Shown here: positions 61,901-64,000 of the stretch, in pieces
How the letters are laid out: each line of letters begins with the position of its first letter
Numbering within the stretch: the stretch's first letter is position 1
Source: Macrostomum lignano
Taxonomy: Eukaryota
Length of the DNA: 64,000 bases
Direction of reading: 5' to 3'
Assembly (NCBI GenBank): GCA_002269645.1
Contig: NIVC01003477.1
Coordinates: 32,015 to 96,014, forward strand
The notes under the pieces: generated by a model
Database searches by the model: none
Told to the model about the DNA's origin: nothing
What the model saw: only the letters and a program-made list of their open reading frames with translations
Translations under genes and position numbers: made by a program

Positions 61901-62513
61901 TCATCAAATCGCCCTGATAATCATCACCAAATCACTCTGATAATCATCATCATATCGCCCTGATAATCATCACCAAATCACTCTGATAATCATCATCAAA
62001 TCGCCCTGATAATCATCACCAAATCACTCTGATAATCATCATCAAATCGCCCTGATAATCATCATCAAATCACCCTAAAAATCATTAGACGGTCATTAGA
62101 TTACTGTGATAATCATAAAAAATCTTCTTGATAATCATGAAGTCACCCTGATAGTCACTGGCTGTGATTAAATTATTGCAATAATCATCGAATCCCATTC
62201 TCCCCCCAAACCTCAAACCGCAGGCTACTTCGACTCCCCGATGTGCGTACGCGACTCCTACCCCGCCCCGGGTATTGAAGTTCCTCGCCGACCACAACCG
62301 CGCCATCTACCGGCTGGGTCGGCCGACAGAGTTCGCGGACGCGGTAGAGATGATCCTGCTCAACCCCACTGCTCAACGGAGTCTGCCTCCGGTTTGGACT
62401 CAGCGTCTAGGGATTTTTCTATCACCGACGCCAGAAAGCCGTGCCGCTGGTTGCTAGGGACGCTCCGGCAACTGTTGAGGACTCAGGGGCTGGTGATACT
62501 ACTGCTGAAGTAG
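58929..62513 (+). CDS. HSD17B10: 3-hydroxyacyl-CoA dehydrogenase type 2 / 17-beta-HSD10 (SDR); exons 58929-58955, 60273-60764, 61474-61582, 62224-~62513; last exon has apparent +1 indels
   Basis: MTALLKSVT|[50 protein letters not shown]|, YSASK..V.AMTLPL.RDLAP.GIRV..IAPG|. Exon 4 motifs RLGRPTEFA and NP.LNG..LRLD are split over three frames. Confidence 0.88.
58992..60266 (+). repeat. Intronic minisatellite, 23-bp unit AATAAGCATCCCTAATCCACCCT
   Basis: Fills HSD17B10 intron 1 up to the acceptor. Confidence 0.97.
60798..61325 (+). repeat. Intronic minisatellite, 21/22-bp unit CTGAGTAGGTAGGCTTTGTGT
   Basis: HSD17B10 intron 2. Confidence 0.93.
61790..62075 (+). repeat. Intronic minisatellite, 23-bp unit GATAATCATCATCAAATCGCCCT
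   Basis: HSD17B10 intron 3. Confidence 0.9.
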
Positions 62514-63070
62514 CTCAGTAGTCACATCAGTTTATTTTTCCGCCAATTTGCGCATTGCATCATCGGGATCGTATGCATTTCATATGAAAGAAACGAACTA
62601 AGCTTTTATAACTGTGTGCTTAGATTTTATTTTGGCAAAATTGTCAAACAATAAAATTCAACACATTTTGTATGCATAAAGTAAACTAAAGTTGCTTCGA
62701 AAGCGCTGCACGCGTGTTTATTTATTTCTTAATTTGCATAGAAAGCTAGTGGACCATGAATGTCAGCAAATTACACGGAAAAATACTTTATATCCTAGTT
62801 GGTTGAGTAGTTGGCAGAGTTTGAATAGTGTCATAACAAAAACTGAAGTTCTCTTTTTTACGCGCACATCTAAAAATAGAACTGGGCATACCGAACTTGA
62901 TTGTACATTTATTTTGTACGAGGGCGTACCCGGCTGGTTTACAGTGCCAGTGTCAGTCTTCTGCCTTAACAGTACGGTGTTTCTTTTATTTTACTTCTCT
63001 TTCTTTTATGTTATGTTGCACATAAAATGCGTGTTATTTTTTATTTAACAAGATGAGGGAAAACGATGTT

Positions 63071-64000
63071 TCAACTTGACTCATAAGGGACTCGTCCAGG
63101 TTGCGACTCGAGCTGGGCCACCCGACGGTTCAGCCTTTCAATCTCCGCATCCCTCTCTCCAATGCGGCAGTGTTGTGATCTTGCTCTGCAGCCAGTTGAA
63201 TGTTTCTCCTGCCTCAGCTGCTGGTTCTCTTCGTCCCTCTCGTGCACCATGCTGTACACCTGCAACATTGAGTCATAGAGCCAATGAGCTGCTCAGTCAG
63301 GTGCATGGGTCCCATGAGGACCTTCTCCTCCAGGAATTGTAACTCCCTGTCGTAGGCCTGTAAGGTGGCTTCAACTTGAGGAGAATCTCAGCTTGACGCT
63401 CCAGTTTTAGGGACGCTCAGCTGTGTCTCTGAGACAGCTCTGGTCGTCCGAATGCAACTGCGGCGCCGGCAGCTCCTGCAGCTACGGCCAGCGGAGCCCC
63501 TCCACCAAGGGTGGCAATGCCGAGAATGGCAGCTTCCAGCTACAGCTGCCATCGCTGCTGCCTTGCCGTAGCCCCATCGCCGCGTGCTTTCTGCTTCTTG
63601 GTACAGCTGGGTGAACTTTTGTTCAAATCTTTGATAGCTTTTTCGAATAACTCTCGCAGGTTTTCAATTTCCTTTAAAAAGTTCGACAAGTGACTCCCGT
63701 AGCGCTTCGACGTGCTGATTGTTTCTCCAGCCCCTTCTTCATCTTGAGACCTCGTCTGCCGTTATCCTGCGACCTTCAATCATCTTGCGAAGGCAGTCTT
63801 CAATCTTCTTGTGCTGCTCTTGTAATGGGAGACCAAATTCGTTAATTTCATCGATTCTCTTTTTTGCAATCGTTCAGTTTAGACATTGCTTCTTGGAACA
63901 TTGTCCGCTTCGAAGTCTTGCAGTCTTTCGCACTTTCGTGCAAAGCTTGCAGCCTTTCCTTTGTTACCTTGATCTCCGCTTATGGCTTCAGTCATCTTGT
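63071..64000 (-). pseudogene. Frameshift-riddled coding sequence (pseudogene or base-call errors) for a coiled-coil protein with a central Gly/Ala-rich hydrophobic hairpin; 5' end runs off the window
   Basis: Protein-like segments alternate between frames: AEIKVTKERLQALHE...MSKLNDCKK / RIDEINEFGLPLQEQHKKIEDCLRK / FEQKFTQLYQEAESTRRWGYGKAAAMAAVAG / AAILGIATLGGGAPLAVAAGAAGAAVAFG / ERDEENQQLRQE...DAEIERLNRRVAQLE. Confidence 0.55.

Overview
Eukaryotic (metazoan) genomic DNA, not prokaryotic. It has GC-rich exons, GT-AG introns and AT-rich spacers. Gene content (USP paralogues, CTL-PAN lectin, compact Mag-type retroelement) and the repeat style resemble a free-living flatworm such as Macrostomum; this is inference only. 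I spliced nine co-oriented + strand genes by hand, and reading frames stay in phase across all resolved junctions: the 3' end of an unknown low-complexity gene, STRIP1/2 (7 exons), NDUFB3, a probable TTI2 (2 exons), BMS1 (8 exons), two universal stress protein genes, a Maf-like bZIP exon and HSD17B10 (4 exons, last one frameshifted). The - strand carries a C-type lectin/PAN gene nested in a STRIP intron and a frameshift-riddled coiled-coil/hydrophobic-hairpin gene at the window end. Mobile DNA includes an intact Ty3/gypsy LTR element (identical 314-bp LTRs, 5-bp TSD), a 504-bp internally deleted P-element-like THAP transposon (8-bp TSD) inside a mariner remnant, a MITE and a tRNA-derived SINE family. 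The dominant unexplained feature is about 35 different tandem arrays. 20 of the 22 introns I can define carry their own array, no coding exon does, unit lengths cluster at 21-24 bp, and several unrelated arrays share short cores such as AATCGCCC, GATCCC and GGTCATAGA. Most long ORFs in the supplied track are translations of these arrays and are not genes.
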